IMG/VR virus record: IMGVR_UViG_2786546475_000032
Location: 39,048 to 103,047 of that record
Length of the DNA: 64,000 nt
Source of the DNA: a virus
Lineage: Duplodnaviria; Caudoviricetes
Direction: 5' to 3' (one strand)
Position numbers and translations under genes: made by a program
Shown: one piece after another, positions 25,842-36,380 of the stretch
How the letters are laid out: every line of letters starts with the position of its first letter
Position numbering within the stretch: position 1 is the first letter of the stretch
The notes under the pieces: generated by a model
The model's database searches: none
What the model was told of the DNA's origin: nothing
What the model saw: the letters and a program-made list of their open reading frames with translations, nothing else

Positions 25842-26020
25842 CCTGACTGAAGAATCTCTAACCTATGATCGCATACCAAGACTCGAAAACTGGTAAGCTC
25901 ATCATCAATAACGATATCCAAATTATCATTATTTGAAGGGATAAGATCCAGAACGATGTCTTGACAAACAGACTCATTAGTTACATATTCTACAATAGAA
26001 ACTCTAACCATCTTATTCAT
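25799..26020 (-). CDS. hypothetical protein
   Basis: Coupled ORF. Confidence 0.65.
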   Translation of the reverse strand: MNKMVRVSIVEYVTNESVCQDIVLDLIPSNNDNLDIVIDDELTSFRVLVCDHRLEILQSGCVQHSVKILVTRL

Positions 26021-26367
26021 ACCTTATCCGGGTTTGGCAACTTAACTTTTACAGGATCGATGTAATAAAAACCTCTCGTAATAGGTTTGGCATCGAATTG
26101 TTCCTCCTCATTCAAAAACTTAACATTTTCAGGACGCCACCAAATATCAATCCCACCTGAATCATTACCTGTAATCCCGCTAGTTTGAACAACTGCAACA
26201 ACTTTATTACGAACCTTAAACCAGATACAGGATGAGTGTCCGAATTTGGTTGGGTTTCTAGAAAAACTCCAATAAGCATATTGTTCACCAGGATCGCACT
26301 TATCATTAAAGAAGTGCTCTTCTTGAGCTTTTGGAATGTGAATACAAATATCTAAAGGTAGCTCCAT
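26017..26367 (-). CDS. hypothetical protein
   Basis: Start MELPL at 26367. Confidence 0.65.
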   Translation of the reverse strand: MELPLDICIHIPKAQEEHFFNDKCDPGEQYAYWSFSRNPTKFGHSSCIWFKVRNKVVAVVQTSGITGNDSGGIDIWWRPENVKFLNEEEQFDAKPITRGFYYIDPVKVKLPNPDKV

Positions 26368-26368
26368 A

Positions 26369-26671
26369 TCAATACCCCACCGTTGAACAAAGAAGAATTG
26401 GCATCTTAGCTTGACCAACTTCGACCAGATTCGAGTAATGGTTTGCTAGCTCATCCAATGTCCATTCGTTATCATCTTCTGTGTAAACGTTGATTTCAGC
26501 AGCTTTGTCATATGTTAATGTAGCAATAATCAAAGAATCCCCTTCGGAAACCATTTCAATACTAGACAATAACGCTACAGCAGATCTAGCATCTCTCGAC
26601 AAGAGGTAAAAGGTTTCAACCCCACCCACAACAATTTCGTACAAGTAACCAGTATTCATATCAACAGTCAT
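26369..26671 (-). CDS. hypothetical protein
   Basis: GGAGG SD. Confidence 0.7.
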   Translation of the reverse strand: MTVDMNTGYLYEIVVGGVETFYLLSRDARSAVALLSSIEMVSEGDSLIIATLTYDKAAEINVYTEDDNEWTLDELANHYSNLVEVGQAKMPILLCSTVGY

Positions 26672-27197
26672 TACGTACCTCCAACCACTTTTGTTCTTTT
26701 AACCAAGTTCCCACATTCATTATAGATACTTCATTCATATCCGTAATGATATCTTTTAGTTGTAATACAGCAACATTAAGATTCGCCATATGAGAGTATA
26801 TCGTCTTTTGAATAGTAAGCCCCTCCCTTTGTAACCGCAACATCGTTCGTCCAACTTCCACGATCAATTCTTCAGCTTTGTTGATGTCCTCTTCAACCTG
26901 TTCGAAAACATCAACCTTCACCTTGCTAAAATATTTGTAGTCATCTTCGATGATATTGTAATAAAGCCTTAGTTCATATTTATATTCACCAGGACCAGTT
27001 TCTAGCTCTACGACCTCAAATCTCGAATAGGTTTGATCAAGCGGCATCTCATCTATAACACTATAGAAATCCGAACCATTATTAAACCTTTCCTCTCTAA
27101 AAAGCGTAAACCTATCAAATGACTCATTAGTATCGTACTTGTAAACTTTGGGAAACTGACTTAGGAAATAATCAATTTCTTTTGCAGAATAACTCAT
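26661..27197 (-). CDS. hypothetical protein
   Basis: 178 aa, coupled. Confidence 0.7.
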   Translation of the reverse strand: MSYSAKEIDYFLSQFPKVYKYDTNESFDRFTLFREERFNNGSDFYSVIDEMPLDQTYSRFEVVELETGPGEYKYELRLYYNIIEDDYKYFSKVKVDVFEQVEEDINKAEELIVEVGRTMLRLQREGLTIQKTIYSHMANLNVAVLQLKDIITDMNEVSIMNVGTWLKEQKWLEVRNDC

Positions 27198-27574
27198 TCT
27201 TCACCTTTCTCTTTGATCTCAACCTCAGATACCCTTAGTGTGGCTTTGGCCTCTACTTCAATGATCGCTTTTGTTCTCTCATCAGCTTTCACATTGATAT
27301 CTAGAACCTTGACGCCATCCACGTATTCTCCATTGTAATATGGGTACGTTTCTTTGCCGTGTTCTCCAATCACAAAAAACCACCCATCATCTGACCATAG
27401 ATCTTTTTTAAAACCCCTTACACTATTGATAAGCTCATCAATAATCTCTTTTTCCTTATTAGAGAGGCGTTCATACTCCTCTTCTAAATAAGTGTCGAAG
27501 TTGTTATTATTAAGTTGCTTATCAATGTAGTCCTTGACAAATAACAAACCTCTTAAATAATTTTCTTCACCCAT
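27194..27574 (-). CDS. hypothetical protein
   Basis: 126 aa, coupled. Confidence 0.7.
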   Translation of the reverse strand: MGEENYLRGLLFVKDYIDKQLNNNNFDTYLEEEYERLSNKEKEIIDELINSVRGFKKDLWSDDGWFFVIGEHGKETYPYYNGEYVDGVKVLDINVKADERTKAIIEVEAKATLRVSEVEIKEKGEE

Positions 27575-27815
27575 GTCTCATAACCTCCAAAGCTTTCTTC
27601 ATTTCTAGATCATTTTTTTGAAAATACGCTGTTGAAATAGTTCTAAAGTATTTCATAACCCTTTCTAAATTTTGATCTGTAAAATCTATTGCAGCATCCG
27701 CGTCTCCATCATCTAGCCAGATTTGCAACATCGGTACTCCAGCTAAATTATGAAAGTCTAGCTGAACTGCTTTACCATCGAATTCGTCATAGTAGTTTAC
27801 TTTTGGCATATTCAC
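27567..27815 (-). CDS. hypothetical protein
   Basis: 82 aa, coupled. Confidence 0.7.
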   Translation of the reverse strand: MNMPKVNYYDEFDGKAVQLDFHNLAGVPMLQIWLDDGDADAAIDFTDQNLERVMKYFRTISTAYFQKNDLEMKKALEVMRHG

Positions 27816-27975
27816 CCTCTATTTCCAAAGATCTTATTTCTTGCCTAAGAGCTTCACAAAGTAAGTTGATTGTTTTAGCTTCCATTTTTATAGTATCGTA
27901 TAGAAGACATTTATAACCTTCATCAAATTGATGAATAGAAACTCGCGCTCCTCTTATAAGACATTCGAAAGTCAT
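27787..27975 (-). CDS. hypothetical protein
   Basis: 62 aa, coupled. Confidence 0.6.
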   Translation of the reverse strand: MTFECLIRGARVSIHQFDEGYKCLLYDTIKMEAKTINLLCEALRQEIRSLEIEGEYAKSKLL

Positions 27976-29441
27976 AATATAACCCCATCTTTAATAAGCT
28001 TTCTATATTCTCCAGTTTCTAGATAATCACTAAACTCCGCAATATTAATCCTATTAGGTACAAAATCAGGATCGAATAAGAATTTAATAAGCTCCCTCAT
28101 GCCATCCTCATCGAGATATTTACCATCTTCTAAATTCTCCATAGGATTTGTATGAGGGCAAAATATCACCTTCTCACATTTGTACTTGTGATGATAATTC
28201 CAAATGTCTTTCTCATCAACTTCCTCTTCTTTGAAGGAGAACTCTTCGTAGCACATTTGAAGGAATAATTCAAAATCCTGATTCACAGTTTGTATGTTAT
28301 ACCCTTCAAATAACCTAGCAGGTGTTGTTTTCCAGAAACAATTGGTCATGATCACAAGTGTTTTGCAAGATAAGCCATGTTTCCAATCAGTAGAACCAAA
28401 AAGATAACCTTCATTTCGATTGAAAAGATTACCTAAGACATCAGTTTTAACCATCAGGTTCTCAACCGAAACTGCTTTATAATCTCTATATCTATCATCT
28501 AACTCTGTAAGATGGCCAAAGTTATTAATATCCCAATATTTAACCACTGAAGTAAGTTTTTGTGTGATGGTTTTTCTATTGGTATATCTTTCAGTATCCT
28601 TATAAGCTCTCCCCAAATTCTGTTCTATATAGATCCTGTGACTTTCATTCTCAGGAATTTTATCATAAAGATGAATAAACTCTTTGAAAGAAATTAAATC
28701 ATCATCGTTTCCTTTTTGAATAATAGATCTCAAATCTCCAAAGTTGATCTTATTTGGGTTGCCTAACCAACGAATCTTGGCGAGAAGGTCTTTAAATTCG
28801 CTCCGAGTGAAACCTAACGGACTAGATGAATCCTGGTAATAATGATATCCTGCATTCTGATATGGATTTTGGAAGTTACCCATACTAGCTGATACAGACT
28901 TTAGAAGTCTTTGAGATTTACAAAGAGAAATTTCATTCAAATATACACACTTCAAAATATTATTGAATAAGAAAATCCTAGTATTTGGTTTATCATTACT
29001 TCTAAAATCAGATAGAAGGTATAATTCTTCTTCAACACTGATCAAAAATTTCAAAACTTGATCACGTCTATCATAACGAATTTCTAAACCATCGAAGGTG
29101 AGATTATTATTGATCAAATCTATAAAATCACCATGATCTCTATTCGCTTCGAAACTATCATAAAGTTCATCGACAGAATAGGAGGCGACTTTTGCGGGGT
29201 CTAAAAACATTTGAGGAGAGAGTAAGCTTCTCCCTTTAAAAATTTCACAAGCTCTCTCTACAAATTTAATTCTAGAGATTCTATCTTCAAAATTCTCGTA
29301 AAAATCGACCCCAAAATGATCTAACAAGGTTTTCTTTGCTTGCCCCCGCGTTAAGGGATCTGGGGTGAAATTATACCAAGTGTGTAAGCGGTTATAGTAA
29401 TCGTGTAGAAATGTTTCAGCATAATTTTTGTATTCACTCAT
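27972..29441 (-). CDS. hypothetical protein
   Basis: 489 aa, no motif recognised. Confidence 0.75.
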   Translation of the reverse strand: MSEYKNYAETFLHDYYNRLHTWYNFTPDPLTRGQAKKTLLDHFGVDFYENFEDRISRIKFVERACEIFKGRSLLSPQMFLDPAKVASYSVDELYDSFEANRDHGDFIDLINNNLTFDGLEIRYDRRDQVLKFLISVEEELYLLSDFRSNDKPNTRIFLFNNILKCVYLNEISLCKSQRLLKSVSASMGNFQNPYQNAGYHYYQDSSSPLGFTRSEFKDLLAKIRWLGNPNKINFGDLRSIIQKGNDDDLISFKEFIHLYDKIPENESHRIYIEQNLGRAYKDTERYTNRKTITQKLTSVVKYWDINNFGHLTELDDRYRDYKAVSVENLMVKTDVLGNLFNRNEGYLFGSTDWKHGLSCKTLVIMTNCFWKTTPARLFEGYNIQTVNQDFELFLQMCYEEFSFKEEEVDEKDIWNYHHKYKCEKVIFCPHTNPMENLEDGKYLDEDGMRELIKFLFDPDFVPNRINIAEFSDYLETGEYRKLIKDGVIL

Positions 29442-29448
29442 AAAAACC

Positions 29449-29820
29449 TCAAGTCAATACCCAATTTTGAAAGATGTCATCCAAAATCTCTCTATTTTGA
29501 GTAAGTTCTTTTTTAATATCATCAAAACAGCTTTCTAATTGTAATTCTACATCTTCAGCCGATACACAACCTCCAAAATAAAATCTTGGACTCGCCAGTC
29601 CTAAATTCATATTGTAAGATCTGAATGAAACGCTCGCCCATCCCCACCAGTCAAAAGAAATGATAACTTGTGTTCCAAATCCACAATCTCGTGTGCAGGC
29701 TCTTCTAAGTGGTTTCTGGTTCCCGTACTCCAAACTGGATTCTACAATGGGTCTGTAACCTTCTGTTAACGTGAGGAAGCGATTTAAACTCTCTTCGGGG
29801 TGCGTGGTTGGTCCAGGCAT
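29449..29820 (-). CDS. hypothetical protein
   Basis: Start MPGP after AAGGAGG SD. Confidence 0.7.
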   Translation of the reverse strand: MPGPTTHPEESLNRFLTLTEGYRPIVESSLEYGNQKPLRRACTRDCGFGTQVIISFDWWGWASVSFRSYNMNLGLASPRFYFGGCVSAEDVELQLESCFDDIKKELTQNREILDDIFQNWVLT

Positions 29821-29861
29821 ATAACCTCCTTTAAAATTGTTAAATGAGACAATATCAAAAA

Positions 29862-29905
29862 ATAGGGCCGTTGTCAAGAGAAAATCTCCCACACAACGGC
29901 CCTAT
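29862..29905 (-). terminator. hairpin terminator overlapping a TTGACA promoter
   Basis: ATAGGGCCGTTG...CAACGGCCCTAT followed by T-tract on the minus strand. Confidence 0.55.
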
Positions 29906-29906
29906 G

Positions 29907-30509
29907 TCAATCATCTTCTTTTTCCTTATCTTTAAGCTCTAAATTATCAGTCCTGACGTTATCGTGATTCAGGTAACTATCTTCTTTCAAACGCATCGTG
30001 TAGAAATACAAACCATCAATCTTTTTACCACCAATTGGACTACCTCTCATCTTGTTAGAAAAGTATTTTGGCCCTAGCGCAGCAACATTCTGGAATTTAC
30101 AATACTCCTCATAAATTTTGTATAACTTATTGAAGTCAATCCCTTGATTTGTATTTTTAGGTGGTTTTCGAGATCCCATCCAATGATCTTTGATAAACCG
30201 ATCGAAGTGATTAGACTGATTAACCCCATCGCCACCAAAGTATTTTATAGTATCCTCACCAAGTACCAAGTTAACCACAACCGCGAATAGCCTCTCATAA
30301 TTCAGGTTAAACCATTCACCGTGAATTCTATAAGGTTCTAGTACCTCATGTAGTCTAGCCTCATCAGCAAGCTCACCTTCGAAAATATGGATTGCTTTGA
30401 TAGGATAAGGACACCCGGTTTGCAACTCTTTCAAGCGATCTTCAGGGTGTCGCTTTGTATATCCAACCTTCCAAAGAGGTTGGCCCGCTGCTCGAATTAT
30501 GTAAATCAC
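29907..30509 (-). CDS. T5orf172/MUG113 GIY-YIG-like nuclease with C-terminal winged-helix-like domain
   Basis: IYII...KVGYT..PEDRLKELQTGCP...EARLH...GEWF. Confidence 0.8.
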   Translation of the reverse strand: MIYIIRAAGQPLWKVGYTKRHPEDRLKELQTGCPYPIKAIHIFEGELADEARLHEVLEPYRIHGEWFNLNYERLFAVVVNLVLGEDTIKYFGGDGVNQSNHFDRFIKDHWMGSRKPPKNTNQGIDFNKLYKIYEEYCKFQNVAALGPKYFSNKMRGSPIGGKKIDGLYFYTMRLKEDSYLNHDNVRTDNLELKDKEKEDD

Positions 30510-31011
30510 TCAAATAACCTCCGTAGTGATGTTCTTCTATAATATGTGTAATCCTCGCTAATGCTGTATAAAGATTCATATCGAATGCTAAATGATAGTT
30601 ATTAGTGAGATTAGTATAGTTCGACAAGATCATCTTGAAAATATCTTGATTAATTCTACCAAAAACACCTCTCGAAAGATCTGTTGGAGAGACCTTACAG
30701 ATACGGTGGATCTCTTCGGTTTGAATTTCTTTCTCACAAGGCTCCATATAGAAGCAATGTAAAACTACATCTTGTTCAGCGTCATGAAGCACAAGAAGTT
30801 TTTCAAGCTTATTAGGAAACAAACCTATCTCCTCATAGACCTCCCTAATAACACCCGCCAAAGGCGTTTCACCATCTTCTACCTTACCACCGGGGAATCC
30901 AAAATCATCCGGGTTATCCTTACGAGAGACAGCTACAAAGCCATCCTCGTAAGGAATAATCGCGATAGCAACCATTGTTAATGTATCGCCTGTTAGTGTA
31001 TCATCTTTCAT
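30442..31011 (-). CDS. NUDIX hydrolase
   Basis: GGKVEDGETPLAGVIREVYEEIG Nudix box. Confidence 0.9.
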   Translation of the reverse strand: MKDDTLTGDTLTMVAIAIIPYEDGFVAVSRKDNPDDFGFPGGKVEDGETPLAGVIREVYEEIGLFPNKLEKLLVLHDAEQDVVLHCFYMEPCEKEIQTEEIHRICKVSPTDLSRGVFGRINQDIFKMILSNYTNLTNNYHLAFDMNLYTALARITHIIEEHHYGGYLSDLHNSSSGPTSLEGWIYKATP

Positions 31012-31020
31012 CGATCTTCC

Positions 31021-32379
31021 TTATAGTAGTTTAGCACCAAGTTCAGCAATCTCACTTCTTTCAGTTTTGTGTAGATTAACAAACCCAACAATCCTATTGA
31101 ATTTCATACGATCTGTAGCATATGATAAACCGTTAGACCGCGAATCTACATAAGCCAAGTCGATTTGGTGAGGATCTCCCATAAAAACCAATTTAGAACC
31201 TTCACCCAATCGAGTGATAAGAGTTTTTGCAACCCTGGGAGTTGTATTCTGGAACTCCTCACCGATGATGAAAGCTCGTTGCATACTTCGACCACGAACG
31301 TGACTCAAAGAATCAATCTCGATCATACCCAAATGTTCTAACTCCTCTAAACCATTGACATTTTTCATCTTGGAATCAGCGTTAGGCATGATGACATCGA
31401 GGTTATCCGCAATAGATCTAACCCACGGACCAAGCTTCTCTCTCAAAGAACCGGGTAGAAATCCAATATCTTCACCAACAGAAACAGCTGGTCGGAAGAT
31501 AACAACTTTATCATAAACCCCTTGATTTACAAGATGTAAGCCAGCGGCTAGCCCCAAAAGGCTCTTTCCAGTCCCCGCCGGACCAAGTAAAGAAACAAAT
31601 TTCAACTCAGGATCTAGAAGTAAATCCATCGCTAACATTTGTTCCTCATTTTTTGGTGAAATACCGAAGATATCACTGTTTGCATACTTATGGACAATCT
31701 TGATATTTCCTTTAGAATCCTTCCTTACAAAGGTAGGCTTGCAATCGTCACCAAAACCTTCTGGAACAAGATTGATATGCTCGTTAAAGTGATAGGAATC
31801 AATATCATCAGGCTTCACAGGAATAGAATTACCATAATCATCTTCTACTTCGGTATTCAGAAGAGATAAGTAATCTGAGGTCACTACTCTTGTAGGAACT
31901 TTTAATGTCAAAAAATCTGTATTGACTTTGGAGTTTTCATAATCCATCGCCTCAAGACCTAGAACATCAGCCTTGATCCTCATATTAGAATCTTTGGAGA
32001 TAACCGTGATAGATTCCCCAAGTTGATCTTGAAGAGCCTTAGCCATCGACAGGATCATATTATCGACTTTCTCACTCTCCAAAATCTTTGGGAGGTATTC
32101 ATCTGAAGGCGCATCCACCAGAATCCTGAGTAGACCTCCGCTATCGAGTTCCACACCCTCGTGCAAAGAGGTTTCTTCATTGAAAGCCTTCTCACGCAAA
32201 TTATCTAAGATTCTATTAATCTCTCGTGCTGCGTAACCCAAATCACCATCAGCTTTCTTCTTGGAATCAACCTCTTCAATAACAGGTAAGGGGATAAAAA
32301 TATTATTATCCTCGAACGCAAAAATAGCCCGAGGATCATAAAGTAAAACATTCGTATCGATCACAAAATTCTTCGTCAT
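31021..32379 (-). CDS. phoH: PhoH-family ATPase with N-terminal PIN domain
   Basis: VIDTNVLL PIN start; GPAGTGKS; RGRS; EEFQN; GDPHQID. Confidence 0.9.
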   Translation of the reverse strand: MTKNFVIDTNVLLYDPRAIFAFEDNNIFIPLPVIEEVDSKKKADGDLGYAAREINRILDNLREKAFNEETSLHEGVELDSGGLLRILVDAPSDEYLPKILESEKVDNMILSMAKALQDQLGESITVISKDSNMRIKADVLGLEAMDYENSKVNTDFLTLKVPTRVVTSDYLSLLNTEVEDDYGNSIPVKPDDIDSYHFNEHINLVPEGFGDDCKPTFVRKDSKGNIKIVHKYANSDIFGISPKNEEQMLAMDLLLDPELKFVSLLGPAGTGKSLLGLAAGLHLVNQGVYDKVVIFRPAVSVGEDIGFLPGSLREKLGPWVRSIADNLDVIMPNADSKMKNVNGLEELEHLGMIEIDSLSHVRGRSMQRAFIIGEEFQNTTPRVAKTLITRLGEGSKLVFMGDPHQIDLAYVDSRSNGLSYATDRMKFNRIVGFVNLHKTERSEIAELGAKLL

Positions 32380-32390
32380 TTCATTCCTTA

Positions 32391-32708
32391 TCAGTCTACA
32401 ACAATTCTAGGGTTTAGTCCGTTCTCTTTCAAGGCATCCATAATGATTTTAGAATGCTCTCTCATATTAGCTTTCAAATCTTCAAGTGAGGAATAGGGCT
32501 CAGTCCTGTTTAATTCTTGATACAAGTAATTGATCACACTATTCAAAGAACCATACTTGTAACCTGTAAGAATCTCCTCACCCTTTTTATTTTTACGAAC
32601 TTTAAATAAAATGTAAGAGTTGGTATCAGAACCAATCGCCCACTTCTTATTAATCTTGAAATTCGTCGTCTTCACATCATGCTTCGCCATCTTCAAACCC
32701 CAATTCAT
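32391..32708 (-). CDS. hypothetical protein
   Basis: Operon context. Confidence 0.7.
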   Translation of the reverse strand: MNWGLKMAKHDVKTTNFKINKKWAIGSDTNSYILFKVRKNKKGEEILTGYKYGSLNSVINYLYQELNRTEPYSSLEDLKANMREHSKIIMDALKENGLNPRIVVD

Positions 32709-33570
32709 TTACAAAATCAAAACCAAGTTTCGTACCAAACTCTTTCTTCCTGCTATCTGACCAATCCTCAATCAACTCTTGAATATCTAAAACACTACCA
32801 CCTAAAACTTCATTTAAAACTCGATGTTCATCTTGGGTGTAAGTTGTCGAGTTTCTATAATGCTTCACAAAGGCTTTATAAGTCGCCGGGAAAGCTTCAG
32901 CAAAAAATCCCTCGATAATCTTAGCAAGCTCTTGAATCTCCCATTGGGCGTGAGGATCATTCCTCAACGCTAAATAATTCATCAAGTTCTTCGTATCGAT
33001 CTTCCAACAAAGAGTGGAATAGAAATTGGTTCCGAGAATAATCCTTGCCAACTCTTTGGTAAGAGGAGGCAAATCATCATGCTCCAAAGGTTGCCCATTA
33101 TCAGGATCTAGCCTAGCAAGCTTACAATAAGTAGCCCACTGGCTTTCGGACTGTTCTTTAATCAAAGTCCGGTACGTTTCTGCCAGATGAAGTGGGAGGT
33201 TATCTCCACTTCCTTGTTTATTCCATTTATCATTAGTCTTGAATCTATCTAACTCAGGAATATAATAATCCCCGTCGTGAGTAGAATATCTCAATGACTG
33301 TTCGTTAAGAGATGCCATCCTATGGCGCATATGCTGGCGAAAAACAAAGATGGGAGCTTTCATCTCTACCCAAAGCTCCCCAGCTTCTAAAGGGCTGGTG
33401 TGATGGTGTCTGATAAGATAATCAATCAATCGGGCATCTTGTTTTGCCGTTCTTTGTTCATCTTGATTTTGAAATGAACATCTCGCAAATTTAGATATAA
33501 AAGCGTCACCACCACCAGTATCAAGTAACTTAACATATCCATGATCTAAATAACTCACTGCCTCGTTCAA
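32677..33570 (-). CDS. thyX: FAD-dependent thymidylate synthase
   Basis: HHHTSPLE, RHRMASLNEQSLRY, HAQWEI. Confidence 0.95.
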   Translation of the reverse strand: MNEAVSYLDHGYVKLLDTGGGDAFISKFARCSFQNQDEQRTAKQDARLIDYLIRHHHTSPLEAGELWVEMKAPIFVFRQHMRHRMASLNEQSLRYSTHDGDYYIPELDRFKTNDKWNKQGSGDNLPLHLAETYRTLIKEQSESQWATYCKLARLDPDNGQPLEHDDLPPLTKELARIILGTNFYSTLCWKIDTKNLMNYLALRNDPHAQWEIQELAKIIEGFFAEAFPATYKAFVKHYRNSTTYTQDEHRVLNEVLGGSVLDIQELIEDWSDSRKKEFGTKLGFDFVNELGFEDGEA

Positions 33571-33869
33571 GAATTCACCTCCCTAAGTAACTCTTTATAT
33601 TCTAAAACCAATTCCCGAGCAATCCTTTTGGTAGTCAACTGTTGTAGCTGTCCAAGAGTCATCCAACTTTGATCACCATCATGAGTTACCAAATATTGGC
33701 GAGTAGTTTTAACTCGGGCAGACATAACACTCCGAGGTCTAAAACAAGGCTTACCAAAACGGTCTAAAACTAGAGAACCATCCTCATTGACCATCTTTAC
33801 ATGACTCATATCCAAAACTGGAGTCCTCTTCTTTTTATCAATATGTGTTAAAATCATTGTCTGGACCAT
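33567..33869 (-). CDS. hypothetical protein
   Basis: Coupled ORF. Confidence 0.7.
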   Translation of the reverse strand: MVQTMILTHIDKKKRTPVLDMSHVKMVNEDGSLVLDRFGKPCFRPRSVMSARVKTTRQYLVTHDGDQSWMTLGQLQQLTTKRIARELVLEYKELLREVNS

Positions 33870-33870
33870 A

Positions 33871-34539
33871 TCACTTCCTCCTTTTAACTTTCACAATAAC
33901 TTTATCGAGTTCATCGTAAAACCCTTGTTCTTTGGAAATTCTTACAAAATATTCAGTATACCACAAAGTACCAAAAACCGTTACACAAACCAACCCTGTT
34001 TCACTCAATCGGTTGAATGCATCTGCCACCTCTTGCTTGAGTTTTAAATCACGTTTCAGGTATTTTTTACGATTCGGTTTTCCGACCTCCCAAACGTCAT
34101 AAGTATTGGGGTAAATAAGCTTTGTTAACCTGTTGAGGCTCACCCCAGTCTCATACCTTATACCATCCCCCTTCGAGCCTGTCAAGGCTCTCAGAATCTT
34201 TAATTCGAGGTCAGATAAAATCACTTGATTAAAGTTGAAGTTAGGATAAGTGAAGCTATCCACAATCTCATAACCAAAAGTTGGGTGCTTGTCTTTAAGC
34301 TCTCTATCAATCTTATCCAATTTATAAGGAAGTTGCTGGAGCTTCGATTTATATTCTCTTTGTCCTCTATGGATCAATTCAAAATAAATCTTTTTGTCAG
34401 AAACGCCTTCCAAGACCGTCTCGTAATTGTAATAAAGCAACACAACCTTTTTAGGATCTAGTTTCCTAGAAATCAAATAACATTGTTTAGCAATCTTCTT
34501 ATAAGGCCCTAACCTCTTTTGAATTTTTCTCTTACCCAT
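33871..34539 (-). CDS. basic hypothetical protein, possible winged-helix regulator
   Basis: LSDLELKILRAL...LSETGLV pattern. Confidence 0.55.
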   Translation of the reverse strand: MGKRKIQKRLGPYKKIAKQCYLISRKLDPKKVVLLYYNYETVLEGVSDKKIYFELIHRGQREYKSKLQQLPYKLDKIDRELKDKHPTFGYEIVDSFTYPNFNFNQVILSDLELKILRALTGSKGDGIRYETGVSLNRLTKLIYPNTYDVWEVGKPNRKKYLKRDLKLKQEVADAFNRLSETGLVCVTVFGTLWYTEYFVRISKEQGFYDELDKVIVKVKRRK

Positions 34540-35018
34540 CTTCTAAACCTCCATCCAAATGTTCTATTTCTCATCTCCTCGAATTCAGTTTCTTCAATAT
34601 CCTTGTTGAAGTAGATATGAGGATCTTCAATATATTGTTCGCCAATAGTGAAAAAGAAACTACCAACATCTTTATCATTTGGATCGTAATTCGTAAGCTC
34701 TCCACAAAACTCACACTCAGAACCATATAGAAGTAAGGATTTTAGAGTCTTGGATATATTTACATCCTCTTCTTTTTTATAATTCGGTGTGGCGCAATGT
34801 TCACAAATACATCTATAGTACAAATCCAAGTGGCCAGAGTTAACAGCTTCCATAGCAGAAAGGCGGAGTACCTTTTCCGTAAAGAAGTTATTCAGGATTA
34901 GCCTTCTAACTTTTGGATAATCCATATAGTCAGCCCTTTGGTATTTAGAAGAGCAAGTCTCAATCTTGGCTCTCAAGTATACCAAAGCCTCACGTACACG
35001 TCCTTCAGTCTCCATCAT
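34509..35018 (-). CDS. hypothetical zinc-ribbon protein
   Basis: CEHC...CEFC. Confidence 0.65.
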   Translation of the reverse strand: MMETEGRVREALVYLRAKIETCSSKYQRADYMDYPKVRRLILNNFFTEKVLRLSAMEAVNSGHLDLYYRCICEHCATPNYKKEEDVNISKTLKSLLLYGSECEFCGELTNYDPNDKDVGSFFFTIGEQYIEDPHIYFNKDIEETEFEEMRNRTFGWRFRRWVREKFKRG

Positions 35019-35412
35019 TCACCTCTCTAACTTTAGGTAGTAACTCTTTATTAAGTTTACCAGCCTTGGGATTGATCACATACTTGTAAGCACCATCTTT
35101 ATCGCAAACAAGCTTTACATGTTCTTTAAGTAGGTTCTTAGGGATATCAAAAGTGATATAAACATTCATCTCGATATCAGCTAGGTGAGCGGGATCGAAA
35201 TAATCTTCGAAAATCTTCTTAAACAATCCACAATGAACATTGAGATACCATTCTGAATCCGAATCCAATTCGGCGTGATGCGAGATACCAACGGTTCTAG
35301 CACTAACTGTCAAATTATCTTCTTTAGATGTAATCCTCGCTTCTTCACCAACGAACCCAACTCTGCTCTCACCAACACCATACTTTTCTGAAATCTTCTT
35401 TGAATCTGTCAT
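35005..35412 (-). CDS. hypothetical protein
   Basis: Coupled ORF. Confidence 0.7.
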   Translation of the reverse strand: MTDSKKISEKYGVGESRVGFVGEEARITSKEDNLTVSARTVGISHHAELDSDSEWYLNVHCGLFKKIFEDYFDPAHLADIEMNVYITFDIPKNLLKEHVKLVCDKDGAYKYVINPKAGKLNKELLPKVREVNDGD

Positions 35413-36038
35413 ATTTTAATTCCTATACTTTTTAAAATCTTATCCAAGAGAACTGGAGCGGCATTATCGTCATAATAAATAAGATGACCTTTGACATCAT
35501 TTAGTTCCTTTAAGAAATCTAAAATGTTGAACTTGTTGATATCTTGAACAAGCCACTTTGCTATAAAAGGTTTAACTTTATTATCGTAATCCTCTTTAAT
35601 AGTCTTTATAATACCTTCTTCATCATAATCATCTACATTAGTTATATCTTCAAAAGAAGGAATCGTGTATTTTAACTCATTATTTGCTAAATCATTAACA
35701 CCAACCCTTCTCAAACATCTTTTAACAGCGCTGCATGTATGATATCTATTTCCAAAGTTATCAATAAATACCTTATGCTTCTTCTGTACAATATTTACAT
35801 CCCTACTTTTTACACCCTTAACAGGCTCAACTTTATAAAGGTCTGTATCACAAATTCTACATCTGTGAAGATTTTTACCGCTAATATTTTTTAGCAGTCT
35901 AGATCTATCAGACTCATCTGTAAACTCGTACCTGACGATATTTATCCCTTTGGTAGAAAAATATCCCTGAGCCATTGTGAGTATCCTTAAAGATTTACCA
36001 TCTCTATAAACTGAGCCAAAAAGATTTCTATCCTCCAA
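35409..36038 (-). CDS. hypothetical protein
   Basis: 209 aa, CRIC...C..C. Confidence 0.7.
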   Translation of the reverse strand: MEDRNLFGSVYRDGKSLRILTMAQGYFSTKGINIVRYEFTDESDRSRLLKNISGKNLHRCRICDTDLYKVEPVKGVKSRDVNIVQKKHKVFIDNFGNRYHTCSAVKRCLRRVGVNDLANNELKYTIPSFEDITNVDDYDEEGIIKTIKEDYDNKVKPFIAKWLVQDINKFNILDFLKELNDVKGHLIYYDDNAAPVLLDKILKSIGIKI

Positions 36039-36039
36039 G

Positions 36040-36264
36040 TCACTCCTCCAACAAGTCTAAAACTTCAACCTTGAACCTCTCCCAATAAATACTTTCTTTA
36101 GAATCCAACTCTTCATAATCACCATTTCCACCAATTAAAAAATCTTCTTTCTCGAAATGATTGTTGATGACAAGATCGGCGTAGTCATAAAGTAAATTTG
36201 TAAAAATCTCACCAATCTCATATTCACGCTCTTCTAAAACTTTTAAAAATTCGTCCAAACACAT
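36040..36264 (-). CDS. hypothetical protein
   Basis: First gene of the leftward operon, GGAGG SD. Confidence 0.7.
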   Translation of the reverse strand: MCLDEFLKVLEEREYEIGEIFTNLLYDYADLVINNHFEKEDFLIGGNGDYEELDSKESIYWERFKVEVLDLLEE

Positions 36265-36380
36265 CCGTCATTACCTCCTACACCTATATACGGAGTCGAT
36301 CCCGTTTTTTTCCCAAAAAGTGGCCGCCAAGCGAACTTTTTTCAATACCATCGAATAAGCTCCTTTTCTACCCTCCCCAA